Below, one piece after another: positions 17,672 to 27,435 of a stretch of 64,000 nucleotides of DNA. Both the position numbers and the translations under genes were made by a program. Source of the stretch: a virus (taxonomy: Duplodnaviria > Caudoviricetes); the IMG/VR virus record IMGVR_UViG_3300025016_000004, one strand, 5' to 3'. Position 1 is the stretch's first letter; every line of letters begins with the position of its first letter. The notes beneath the pieces are model-generated. The model made no database searches and was not told the DNA's origin. It worked only from the letters and a program-made list of their open reading frames with translations.

Positions 17672-18010
17672 ATGTACGAATATAAAGCAAAAATAACATC
17701 AGTTTATGATGGTGATACAGTTACAGCTGAAATAGACTTAGGGTTTAATGTAAAGATAACTGAAAAAATTAGATTACTTAGAATCAACACACCAGAAATA
17801 CGTGGCGCAGAGCGTGAACTTGGTTTAATAACTAGAGATAGGCTTAGAGAATTAATTCTAGATAAGGATGTGGCGATTCACACAATTAAAGATAAACAAG
17901 GTAAATATGGTAGGTATTTGGGTGAGATATTTTTAAGTACTGATGTGGAAACTATAAACATTAATGATTTGCTAGTAACTGAAGGGTTAGCTGAATATAA
18001 AGAATATTAA
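17672..18010 (+). CDS. Thermonuclease (SNase-like)
   Basis: VYDGDT..IRLLRINTPE...GKYGRYL. Confidence 0.88.
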   Translation: MYEYKAKITSVYDGDTVTAEIDLGFNVKITEKIRLLRINTPEIRGAERELGLITRDRLRELILDKDVAIHTIKDKQGKYGRYLGEIFLSTDVETININDLLVTEGLAEYKEY

Positions 18011-18083
18011 AACGTATGGTTGACCACAATACCTTAATTGTGGTAAATGGCGGCATAGCCGAGGGGGTCTTTATAAAATAAAT

Positions 18084-18162
18084 GCGGGTGTAGCCCCGTT
18101 GGTTTTCTAAACCGATAAGGGTAGCGGAGCTGAAAACGTGGGTTCGAATCCCACTGTCGTTA
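18084..18162 (+). ncRNA. Non-canonical tRNA-like RNA, no D-arm, anticodon TCT
   Basis: GTTGGT-TTTCTAA-ACCGAT; TAGCGG segment; T-arm. Confidence 0.6.
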
Positions 18163-18196
18163 CATATTTATTATTAAATAATTTACTTCCAAAAAT

Positions 18197-18234
18197 GGCG
18201 ATGTATTCCCCTAGTCTTCGAAACTAGAGAAGGA
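18197..18234 (+). pseudogene. 5' part of a non-canonical tRNA-like RNA (TCG)
   Basis: CTAGT-CTTCGAA-ACTAG flanked by TCC/GGA. Confidence 0.5.
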
Positions 18235-18244
18235 TTTTAAAAAT

Positions 18245-18324
18245 GGCGGTGTAACCGAGGTGGTCTTCGAAACCATTAAACGTAATTGGAGTTGTAAATA
18301 AGAGTTCGAATCTCTTGGCCGTCA
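18245..18324 (+). ncRNA. Non-canonical tRNA-like RNA, no D-arm, anticodon TCG
   Basis: GTGGT-CTTCGAA-ACCAT; CGTAATTGG segment; T-arm. Confidence 0.68.
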
Positions 18325-18374
18325 CAATAGTTATATCGAGTGCCTTAAACCGAATGTTAATCACAACTATTTAT

Positions 18375-18447
18375 GGCTCTATAGCATAGCGGATAATGCC
18401 ACTGGTTACGAACCAGTAGAGCGGGGGTTCGAATCCCTCTAGGGTCA
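18375..18447 (+). tRNA. trnR: tRNA-Arg(ACG), followed by a duplicated 3' half (~18455-18492)
   Basis: Canonical cloverleaf. Confidence 0.9.
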
Positions 18448-18508
18448 CTACAATAAACCAGCAATGGGGTTCGAATCCCTCTAGAATCACTATGGCACAT
18501 TTATTGGT

Positions 18509-18590
18509 ATATTATTACTACTATGAGAACACTTAGAGCACTTTTAGTAATATTATTACTACTATGAAAACACTTAGAGCACTTTTAGTA
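18509..18590 (+). repeat. 41-bp tandem duplication spanning a gene start
   Basis: ATATTATTACTACTATGARAACACTTAGAGCACTTTTAGTA x2. Confidence 0.9.
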
Positions 18591-19163
18591 ATATTAACAA
18601 TTAGTATGATGACTTCATGTGCATCATTTCAATTGGCTACCGAACCAGTTAATGTAACCTATGGTTTTGGTTATTATGATTATAACGCAATTCATAGTTT
18701 ATATATAACAAACCCATATTATTTTTACGATAATTATTATTTCGACCAATATGGTGTTAGAAGGTATTATTACAATCACCCATATTTTGTGAGGTATTGT
18801 AATACAAGGAATTTTACCCCCAACCATCATTATTATATTAATAACTCACATAAAAAAGCTTATGTGAATAGTAGAAGAACAACCATTAATAGAGATATTC
18901 CCGTTAGAAGAGTAAATAATAACAACTCAGCTATTAGACAACAAAACTCAACAGTTAGAAGAAATACACCTATTAATAATAATTACACAACACGAAATAC
19001 TAATATTAACACAACACGAAATACTAATATTAACACAACACGAAATACTAATATTAGTACACCTACGAGAAACGCTGTTAATCGTAGTACAGCACCTAGG
19101 GCTAATATTCGTACAGCACCTACGGCTAGTAATCGTCCAACATCAGTCAGACGAAAAAATTAG
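18564..19163 (+). CDS. Lipoprotein with an Asn/Arg/Thr-rich low-complexity tail
   Basis: Lipobox TSC; TTRNTNIN x3 (24-bp tandem repeat). Confidence 0.75.
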   Translation: MKTLRALLVILTISMMTSCASFQLATEPVNVTYGFGYYDYNAIHSLYITNPYYFYDNYYFDQYGVRRYYYNHPYFVRYCNTRNFTPNHHYYINNSHKKAYVNSRRTTINRDIPVRRVNNNNSAIRQQNSTVRRNTPINNNYTTRNTNINTTRNTNINTTRNTNISTPTRNAVNRSTAPRANIRTAPTASNRPTSVRRKN

Positions 19164-19171
19164 TAAAAAAA

Positions 19172-19579
19172 ATGAAGAACTACTTGGTAGTTCTTTTTTT
19201 TTGTCGTATATTTGCGGATAAGTCTATATTTATTAATATCATGGATACAGCAATATTTAAAAAAATTAACGGAGTTATGGCGATATTATGTTCTAAATGT
19301 GGTAGGGTTGTTAAAACCGAGCCAGATTTTAACATAATAGAGAAGTATGCGTTAGAGGGAGAGATTACTTTATCTCCTGAATATTGCCCTAAGCATCAAT
19401 ATATTGATATGGTTGGGAACGACAAGAAAATGGAGAAACTTAGACTAGGAATTAAAGAAAAACTTAGAGAAGCTATTATGAAGAAAAATATATTAAATGT
19501 ACCAATAACTAGACCAAACCAAGAATTGATTATTATGAGAGGAATTCCAGGTTCTGGTGCTTCTGATAAAGAAGAGTAA
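19172..19579 (+). pseudogene. ORF ending in a truncated P-loop kinase N-terminus (LIIMRGIPGSG)
   Basis: Walker A is cut before KST. Confidence 0.65.
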
Positions 19580-19637
19580 TTTATTTTGAGGGAATTACGT
19601 GATTTTGGAATTATTAACATATTTATGATAAAAGAAT

Positions 19638-20483
19638 ATGGAAAAATATATTAGAAATTGCCCAAAATGTAACTCAGAAATCCATTATAGTACAAAATAT
19701 GTAAGAATTAACGCTGAAAAAAATAATAATGTTTGTAGAAGTTGTGCTTCATCTGGCGAAAATAATGCGATGTATGGTATGAAAGGTGATAAAAATCCTT
19801 TCTTTGGCCAAAAGCATAGTGAAGAAACAAAAAAGCGTCAATCTAAAATTAAAATTGGTAAGACTCATTCTGATAAAACTAAAGAAAAGTTATCTAAATT
19901 ATCAAAAGGTGTTAATAATGGTATGTATGGTAAATCATTTTATAATGTATGGGTTGATAAATTTGGTAAAAGTAAAGCTGATGATAAACTTAGTAAATAT
20001 AAAAATAAGCAAAGTTTATTAAATAGTGGTGAAAATAATAATATGTATGGTAAACCGTCACCTAAAGGTTCTGGTAATGGTTGGTCTGGTTGGTATAAAG
20101 GTTGGTTTTTTAGGTCGTTAAATGAATTAACTTTTATGGTTAATGTGATTGAAAGGTTTGGTTTTAGTTGGGAAAGTGGTGAGGAAAATAAATGGGTAGT
20201 TAAATATGTTGATTATAATGGTGTTGAAAAAACTTATTTTTCAGATTTTGTTCTTAACAATAAATATATGGTTGAAAGTAAACCTAAAAAATTGTGGAAT
20301 TCTGATAGTGTAATTAGAAAAAAAAATGGAGCAATCGAGTTTTGTAAAAAAAACAACTTAAAATATAAAATGGTTGATATTGGGAGATTAAAATTTAATC
20401 AAATTGAAAAATTATATAATAATGGTGATTTGAAATTTTTAGAAAGATATGAATTAAAATATAAGGAATGGATAAAAAAATAA
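19638..20483 (+). CDS. Homing endonuclease, NUMOD3 plus PD-(D/E)xK (TnsA-like) domain
   Basis: HSEETK repeats; YFSDF...VESKPK. Confidence 0.75.
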   Translation: MEKYIRNCPKCNSEIHYSTKYVRINAEKNNNVCRSCASSGENNAMYGMKGDKNPFFGQKHSEETKKRQSKIKIGKTHSDKTKEKLSKLSKGVNNGMYGKSFYNVWVDKFGKSKADDKLSKYKNKQSLLNSGENNNMYGKPSPKGSGNGWSGWYKGWFFRSLNELTFMVNVIERFGFSWESGEENKWVVKYVDYNGVEKTYFSDFVLNNKYMVESKPKKLWNSDSVIRKKNGAIEFCKKNNLKYKMVDIGRLKFNQIEKLYNNGDLKFLERYELKYKEWIKK

Positions 20484-20491
20484 AAATAAAA

Positions 20492-21060
20492 ATGAAACTT
20501 TTAGAAAGTCTAAAAGGGTATAATTGTTTAGGTGTAAAAATTTCTCGCCCCTCTCAGGTATTGATTATCATGAGAGGGGTACCGTGACAGGTTCTGGTAA
20601 ATCAACGAAAGCAAAAACATTGGTTGGTGAAGGTGTTGTTCATTCAACAGATGATTTAATTGACGCAACTGGTGACTATAATGGTTACTTTAAAAAAATG
20701 GTAGATTCAGGTGATTGGTCTGAACATGGTAGGATGCATAATAAGAATTTCTTAAATGCTAAAAAATCTATGGAATCTGGTATTACACCAGTTATCGACA
20801 ACACTAATCTAAGATTAAGGGAAGTTGAAAATTATATTATTGAAGCTCTTGAATTAGGTTTTGATGAAAACAATATTAAAATTGTAGATGTAGGTTTGGG
20901 TGGCCAAACTGCCGAAGTATTGGCAGAACGTAATTCACATAACGTACCGTTAAAAACAATTCAAAAAATGATACAAACTTATAATTCAGTAGGTGAGATA
21001 ACTGTATCTAGGGTTGTTGAAAACTATTTAAATAAACAAAAGAAAAGGGCTAATAATTAG
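20492..21060 (+). pseudogene. AAA_33/polynucleotide-kinase-like gene with two frameshifts near the P-loop
   Basis: LIIMRGVP[+TGACA]GSGKST...IDNTN...RNSHNVP. Confidence 0.7.
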
Positions 21061-21751
21061 CCCTTTTTTCGTTTCTATTAACATAACTACACAATGGTTG
21101 AAAATTTGTATAATGATTTAATTTAATTATATCTTCTTTACATGTTGCTGAGGCAAGTGGTATGATATGGTCTAAATCCCAACCAAAATTATATTGATAA
21201 TTATATAAACCATGATTATCCCAATTCATCCACGGTTCCCATTGAGATTCGATATGTTTTTTAAATTCTTTATAAGTACACCCCAATATTTCATGACTCC
21301 TAGATTTTTTATCATAACCACCCCTTTTAATCGATTGTCTAATTATACCACCTACAGTGTGTTTTAATTTATAAATGATGTCAGTCTTTCTCTTATATTT
21401 AATTTGTTCATAAATAGTATCTTTATTTTTATAATAATACTTTTTACGCATCTTTTTATACTTTTCACGATTATCTTTATAAAACTTCTTGGAATATTTT
21501 AAACGTTCTTCTTTATTATCTTCATAATAATTAGAAATATAAGTGGTGCGCTTTTCCTTATTTTCTTTAACCCAATTCTGAACCCTAATTTTATTAACTT
21601 TTTTAACTTCAGGATTAGCCCTATATTTTTTACCAGCAATAGATATACACCCCTTACATTGTGATTTTAAACCACTTTTAATTCTAGAACATTTACTAAA
21701 TTCTTTTACAGGTTTATAGACACCACATTTACTACAAATCTTAGTTTCCAT
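21050..21751 (-). CDS. HNH endonuclease with an N-terminal zinc finger
   Basis: KICSKC; WDLDHIIPL...NHYTNFQPLC. Confidence 0.85.
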   Translation of the reverse strand: METKICSKCGVYKPVKEFSKCSRIKSGLKSQCKGCISIAGKKYRANPEVKKVNKIRVQNWVKENKEKRTTYISNYYEDNKEERLKYSKKFYKDNREKYKKMRKKYYYKNKDTIYEQIKYKRKTDIIYKLKHTVGGIIRQSIKRGGYDKKSRSHEILGCTYKEFKKHIESQWEPWMNWDNHGLYNYQYNFGWDLDHIIPLASATCKEDIIKLNHYTNFQPLCSYVNRNEKRANY

Positions 21752-21902
21752 GATTAATGGTATTAAAATGTTGGTCTAATAACCAATTGATTAATTTAGA
21801 CTTATTGATTCCGTCATCAACTAATTGTTGGTAGTTGTCTGATGATATGGTAATGGATAACTTACCTTTCTTGTTTTCTTCTTTATATGCTTTTCTTCCC
21901 AT
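21741..21902 (-). CDS. Ribbon-helix-helix-like micro-protein
   Basis: MGRKAYKEENKKGKLSITIS...INKSKLINWLL. Confidence 0.6.
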   Translation of the reverse strand: MGRKAYKEENKKGKLSITISSDNYQQLVDDGINKSKLINWLLDQHFNTINHGN

Positions 21903-21966
21903 AATACTTATTTGTTTATATTAATAAATATCTAGAAATAAAGTAAAAGTCGCCTAAATACGAATT

Positions 21967-22101
21967 TTATTTAGATTTATTTTTGAAGTGTTCGGTAAGT
22001 AGTGAATCAATTAATTTAGATTTATTGTAATTACCTTCATCTAATTTATTAAGAAGGTTTTTATCTAAAGCTACCGATATTTTAGTTTTCTCATGTTTCA
22101 T
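21967..22101 (-). CDS. Ribbon-helix-helix-like micro-protein
   Basis: MKHEKTKISVALDKNLL...NKSKLIDSLL. Confidence 0.6.
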   Translation of the reverse strand: MKHEKTKISVALDKNLLNKLDEGNYNKSKLIDSLLTEHFKNKSK

Positions 22102-22223
22102 ATTGGTAAATATAAGTAAAATGGTTAATAAAGTCAATAATTAATTTGTTTATTAGGTATAAATTCAGTATTTTTGTATTAAATTAATAAAAATAAAGGA
22201 TAATATAAATATATTTATATTTT

Positions 22224-22886
22224 ATGAAACTGAGAAAAATATACGATGATATGATTAATGAAGATAATACAAATATCAAAGCTTCTGAGCCTAAAAAATA
22301 CGTAGAAGCTGCATTAAAATTAGGTTTTGATGAGAATAATATAAAAATTATTGATGTTGGTGATGGTGGAGTTTCTGCTGAAGATTTGGCTAAAAGAAAT
22401 ACACATAACGTACCATTGAAAACAATTCAAAGAATGATGGCATCACATAAAGGTGTTGGCCTATTAACTGTAGATAAGATATTACAATCAGAAGGCGGTT
22501 TAAAAAACAATAAACCTGAAAAGATTTTATATGCGGCAGTAGTTTTAGATAATGAATCTAAAAATAAATTATTAAATTCTTTAGAAATCCCAGAAGGGTG
22601 GAAAGCTTTTGCGCATCATATGACAATAGTTTTTGGTAAAGGATTGGATGATAAAAATGAAGTTGGTAGAACGGTTTATTTAAAAGCAACTGAAGTTGGT
22701 TATAGTAATTTAGCTATGGCTGTTAAGGTTATTGGCTATCCATCAACCAATGACATACCACACATAACAGTAGCGGTAAATGTTGCGGAAGGTGGTAAAC
22801 CGTTTCTTTCAAATAAGATAACTGATTGGAAAACTCTTGATAGTCCAATTCATTTAAGTGGGGTAGTTGAAGAATTAAAGTCATAA
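22224..22886 (+). CDS. Kinase C-terminal part fused to a 2H cyclic phosphodiesterase (Trl1 CPD-like)
   Basis: DNTN...RNTHNVP, then HHMT and PHIT motifs. Confidence 0.75.
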   Translation: MKLRKIYDDMINEDNTNIKASEPKKYVEAALKLGFDENNIKIIDVGDGGVSAEDLAKRNTHNVPLKTIQRMMASHKGVGLLTVDKILQSEGGLKNNKPEKILYAAVVLDNESKNKLLNSLEIPEGWKAFAHHMTIVFGKGLDDKNEVGRTVYLKATEVGYSNLAMAVKVIGYPSTNDIPHITVAVNVAEGGKPFLSNKITDWKTLDSPIHLSGVVEELKS

Positions 22887-22931
22887 CTTGTTTATTTGTA
22901 ATTTATTTAGTATATTTGTAACTAACATTTA

Positions 22932-24291
22932 GTGAACTACCCACCCACGCCAGAGGCGATGGGTTGGGCTTCTGATTTCACAGACTTGTGCTTCTTTATA
23001 GAAGTCTTATTTGAGTCTCCATCAGTGTTATCGAGCATCCCACCCGATATTATTTTTAAACCTTCTTTGAGAATATTTCTACTTGCATTTACATCTCTGT
23101 CGTGTATTACACCGCACGAGTTACAAGTCCATTCTCTATCAGAAAGTTTTAAATTTTGATTTATCCAACCACAGTCTCCACAAGTCTTCGAGCTAGGATA
23201 GAAACGATTAACTTTTACAAGTTCTTTTCCATACCAATCACACTTATATTGAAGTAATGTAACAAAATTACCCCAACTTGCATCGGCAATATGTTTTGAT
23301 AATTTGTGGTTTTTAATCATACCTTTTACATTTAAGTCCTCAACTGATATTAAATCATATTGATTAACCAGTTTATGTGAAACCTTATGTAAAGTGTCTA
23401 ATCTACAACTTGCAATTTTCTCGTGAATTTTAGCAACTTTGAGTTTTTGTTTTTCAAACCCATTACTACCTTTTTGTTTACGAGAAAGATGTTGTTGTGC
23501 TTTTTTTAATTGTTTTGCATATTTTTTTGTATATCTATTATTTTTGAATTTAGCATTATCAGAAGTAATTACAAAATCCTTTAAACCTAAATCTATTCCA
23601 ACTTGTTTATTTGTTTTAGGTAATTCTTTATTCTGTTGTTCTGTAAATATTGAAACATAATATTTACCTGTTGGTGTTTTGGTAATTATCATTTTACCAA
23701 TCTTACCTTTGACTTCTCTGTGAAGTTTAACTTTAATACCTTCTTTAAATTTTGGTATATTAATTTTATCTCCTTCTATACTACCAAATTGAGGTATGGT
23801 AAAAGTATTTTTATGTTTACGAGATTTAAACTTTGGGAATTGTGCATTACCTCTAAAAAAGTTTAAAAAAGCTGTATCTAAAGAGCGTAGAGCGAATTGT
23901 AAAGTTTGACTATTAACTTCTTTCAACCACATAGTCTTTTCTTCTTTTTTAAGTTTTGTCAAAGTGGCAGCTTGTTTGTAATAATTGTCAGACTTTTTAT
24001 CCGCTTGGTATTGTTCTTTGCGTTCATTTAGAAAATGGTTATACACCCAACGAGAGTGACCAAAGTGTTGATTTAATAGCACTTCTTGCTCATTTGTTGG
24101 AAAAAGACGAAACTTATATGTCTTATTAATCATTTTCATACCTATTATACATCAAAATTTATGCCAAAATATAGTTTTATGTAAATTTGTCATACTTAGC
24201 CGTTCAATATATTTTAAGCCAAGGTTAATCATACCTTTGTCGCTTACATCCCATCCACGCTTTGCGATGAATGGGTTTTACGCTCCTTTTT
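22932..24291 (-). mobile_element. tnpB-only IS200/IS605 (IS1341-like) element
   Basis: Left end after TTTAT, right end GTAGTTCAC, subterminal hairpins. Confidence 0.88.
22937..24139 (-). CDS. tnpB: TnpB RNA-guided nuclease, apparently intact
   Basis: HTH, GIDLG, VEDL, zinc finger, DRDVNA. Confidence 0.95.
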   Translation of the reverse strand: MKMINKTYKFRLFPTNEQEVLLNQHFGHSRWVYNHFLNERKEQYQADKKSDNYYKQAATLTKLKKEEKTMWLKEVNSQTLQFALRSLDTAFLNFFRGNAQFPKFKSRKHKNTFTIPQFGSIEGDKINIPKFKEGIKVKLHREVKGKIGKMIITKTPTGKYYVSIFTEQQNKELPKTNKQVGIDLGLKDFVITSDNAKFKNNRYTKKYAKQLKKAQQHLSRKQKGSNGFEKQKLKVAKIHEKIASCRLDTLHKVSHKLVNQYDLISVEDLNVKGMIKNHKLSKHIADASWGNFVTLLQYKCDWYGKELVKVNRFYPSSKTCGDCGWINQNLKLSDREWTCNSCGVIHDRDVNASRNILKEGLKIISGGMLDNTDGDSNKTSIKKHKSVKSEAQPIASGVGG

Positions 24292-24369
24292 ATAAAGTTA
24301 TTTGAAAAAAAATAAAGTAATTGGATTTATTCAAGAAATTCAAAATATTTATAAATAAATTATAAAAAT

Positions 24370-24879
24370 ATGAATTTAGAAAGATTATTAAACAGATTAT
24401 TTAAATACGATTTATCCGCAGCGTTAGCTTGTATTTTATTACCTTTTGTATTATGGATAGGTGATGGCCCTAGAAGTAGTATTAGTGATTACGCATATGG
24501 TGACATTAGCTTCATATATGTTTTTTTATTAACAGTAGCTGCAACACTTATAACAACAATTGGAGTTAGAAAGGACCAAACGTTCACTTGGATATTAGGG
24601 TTGAATTTAATGTTAATTCCATTAACACCACATTTAACCTACCCAACCTTACATACGATAACTTCTGTTATATTTTTTGGTGGTATGTCATATCATATTA
24701 TTAGATATAGTGATGAATTTAAGAGTTTTAGGTGGTTTTTAGTTGGCGCAATGGTATTAGGATTTGTTTTACATTATTTAATTAATATAATTTCCTTATT
24801 TGCGGCAGAATCAATAGCTATGGTTATTTTTGGGGTTAACTTTTTGGTAGATTTAATCGAAAATAAAAATGAATTATAA
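24370..24879 (+). CDS. Multi-pass membrane protein
   Basis: Five to six hydrophobic segments. Confidence 0.7.
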   Translation: MNLERLLNRLFKYDLSAALACILLPFVLWIGDGPRSSISDYAYGDISFIYVFLLTVAATLITTIGVRKDQTFTWILGLNLMLIPLTPHLTYPTLHTITSVIFFGGMSYHIIRYSDEFKSFRWFLVGAMVLGFVLHYLINIISLFAAESIAMVIFGVNFLVDLIENKNEL

Positions 24880-24953
24880 CTAAAAAACTATAGTTTTATA
24901 AATAAAAAGTGATAATAATTTGGTTATCACTTTTTTTTTTGTACATTTGCATT

Positions 24954-25477
24954 ATGAATTTCTAAAAACTCTAATGGTTATAATGTAGCAAAAGGTGGGG
25001 ATGGTGGTGATACAATATCTAATCATCCAGATATTGAACTTATTAAAGAGAACGTTTTCTAAATTTCATTCAGGTAAAGTTTTATCTGATGAACATAAAC
25101 AGAAAATTAGTGATGCTCATAAAGGAATGAAAAAACCTTGGACTAAAAAAACAGCTAAGATGATGGCTGAAGGTAATATAGGTAAAGAATCTCCATTAAA
25201 GGGCACTACTTTAACTGAAGAGCATAAACAGAAAATTAGTGAAGGTAATAAAGGACAGAAAAAAGTTTTTACCGAAGAACATAAAAAAAATATTGGTAAA
25301 GCAAATAAAGGGAAACATTCACAATTAAAAGGTAAATCTTACGAAGAAATTTATGGTGTGGAGAAAGCACGAGAAATGAAATTAAAGCAGAGTAAGAAAA
25401 GAAAGAATAGAGTTGTTAGTGAGGAAACTAAAAAGAAGATTTCTGAATCAATGAAAAAAAGAAAAAATGGGAAATGA
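24954..25477 (+). pseudogene. NUMOD3-repeat endonuclease remnant
   Basis: GYNVAKGGDGG is out of frame with the EHKQKIS repeats. Confidence 0.65.
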
Positions 25478-26057
25478 ATTAAGTATAGTTAAGTACATTA
25501 AAGAGTATGGCTTGGATAATGCAGTTAATACATTTAAATTAACTTGTAAGGATTATGGATACAAGATTTTACTCAAATACAATCAAATAGAATCTGACAT
25601 GTCTTTACCTGAAGTACAAGATTGTAGAGGTCTTATACTTGAGAAAGATACTTGGAAGGTTATGTCTTTGGCATTCAGAAAATTCTTTAATTCAGCTGAA
25701 ACACATGCGGCTAAAATAGATTGGAACACAGCACTTATTTTAGAAAAATGTGATGGGTGTTGTCACGGGGATACCATATTGATAACTGAGGGTGGTGAAA
25801 TGACAATTCGTGATATATGTGAAACGGAATATTCTGGTAAAGTTTTATCATTTGATTTAGAAACTAATGAGCCAATATATGATGAAATAGTGGATTATTC
25901 AATTAAAAAGAATATTAATAATTGGTTTGAGATTGAATTAGAAAATGGTACTATTATTAAGTTAACTGGTAATCATAAAGTATGGTTACCTAATTTAGAG
26001 TGCTATCGTAGGGTTGATGAATTAACCGAAGATGATGAATTCTTACTAATTACTTAA
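25467..26057 (+). CDS. RNA ligase (Rnl1-like) N-extein plus split intein N-part
   Basis: FRKFFN...EKCDG | CCHGDT...LTGNHKVW. Confidence 0.88.
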   Translation: MGNELSIVKYIKEYGLDNAVNTFKLTCKDYGYKILLKYNQIESDMSLPEVQDCRGLILEKDTWKVMSLAFRKFFNSAETHAAKIDWNTALILEKCDGCCHGDTILITEGGEMTIRDICETEYSGKVLSFDLETNEPIYDEIVDYSIKKNINNWFEIELENGTIIKLTGNHKVWLPNLECYRRVDELTEDDEFLLIT

Positions 26058-26093
26058 AAAACTTGACACCTATCAAACTTTTCTAATAGTATA

Positions 26094-26369
26094 AATATTA
26101 GTAATGGATTAAAAGAGGTTTGGTCTAATTTATCTGATGATGAATTTAATAAAAGAATGATTAGATTACATAAAAATTTTGTATCGAAATTAGAGGTTAG
26201 AGTTAGGAATATATTAACTAATTTGAACATATCATTCACGCCACAATTTCCATTAAATAATCGAACATATGATATTAAAATTGATAATACTAATATATTG
26301 ATTGAAGTTAATGGTGATTTTTGGTATGCCAACCCATCGCCTTTGGCGTGGGTGGGTAGTTCACAGTAG
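26094..26369 (+). pseudogene. Endonuclease remnant between the intein halves, fused to an IS right end (26330-26364)
   Basis: IEVNGDFWYANP, then GGGTGGGTAGTTCAC. Confidence 0.65.
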
Positions 26370-26451
26370 GGGGTGTAAAAGCCATTCATCGTTATTTGTA
26401 GGGCCGCTGTGAGTTAGTGGGGAGTCTAACAAGTATAATAAATAATAGAAT

Positions 26452-27414
26452 ATGAAAATAGTTAAGGTAAAACATATTAAAGAGATAGAATGTGACTCTA
26501 AGAGGTATGATATTCAAACCAAAGAAACCAATAATTTCTTTGCTAATGGGATATTGGTACATAACTCATTGATTCAAGTATATTGGGATTGGGTAGCTGA
26601 AAAATGGTGTGCTGGCACATCTGGTATGGCCGAAGGTGAAGGTGAAGTAAATGATAAACCAAATACTAAGTTTTCTGAATTATTTTGGGATACAATTACA
26701 TCACCAAAATATGGTTTTAATTGGGATAGAATGGTTAGAGGTAGAACATATATGTTTGAATTAATGACACCGTATAATATTGTTGTTTGCCCACATGGAG
26801 AATCAAAAGTATCATTATTAGGTGTTAGAGATTTAGATACGTTAAATGAGTATGGTTTTAATGATTTATATACAATATCTACTGATATTGGGTTACCATT
26901 AGTTAAATCTTTTAACATTAATGCATCAAATGCTGGTCATTTAATGGCGACATTTGAAGGTATGTCATTCTCTGAAGAAGGTTATGTTGTAGTTGATGCT
27001 AATTTCAATAGAATCAAGTTAAAAAACCCAGCTTATGTTGCAATGCATTATACTAAAAGTAAATTAGGTAATCACCATATATTAGAGGTGTTAAAAACTA
27101 ATGAAGTTGATGAATGGATTGCAACGTTCCCAGAAAGGTCTGAAGAAATAATTCAACTTAAAGAAGGGTTAGTAAAATTGACTGATGATTTGGAAAATGC
27201 TTGGGTAGAATTAATACCATATAAACCTAAAAACATAACTAAACAAGAACAAAAGAGGTTTGCGATGAAAGTATTTGAAGTATCTAATAAACACTTCAAA
27301 AATACTCGTCACACTGGATTGTTTTTTGGGTTAAAAGATGGTAAAATTAACACGATTAGAGAATATATAATCAATATGAATAATAAAGATTTATATGAAA
27401 TATTAACAAAATAA
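26452..27414 (+). CDS. Split intein C-part plus RNA ligase (Rnl1-like) C-extein
   Basis: YDIQT..NNFFANGILVHN | SLIQVY; EEGYVV; RIKLKNP. Confidence 0.88.
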   Translation: MKIVKVKHIKEIECDSKRYDIQTKETNNFFANGILVHNSLIQVYWDWVAEKWCAGTSGMAEGEGEVNDKPNTKFSELFWDTITSPKYGFNWDRMVRGRTYMFELMTPYNIVVCPHGESKVSLLGVRDLDTLNEYGFNDLYTISTDIGLPLVKSFNINASNAGHLMATFEGMSFSEEGYVVVDANFNRIKLKNPAYVAMHYTKSKLGNHHILEVLKTNEVDEWIATFPERSEEIIQLKEGLVKLTDDLENAWVELIPYKPKNITKQEQKRFAMKVFEVSNKHFKNTRHTGLFFGLKDGKINTIREYIINMNNKDLYEILTK

Positions 27415-27435
27415 AAGGCCCTCATGGGGCCTTTT

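Noticed and set aside
18990-19060. 24-bp triple repeat
   Set aside because: Explained as the TTRNTNIN coding repeat in a lipoprotein tail.
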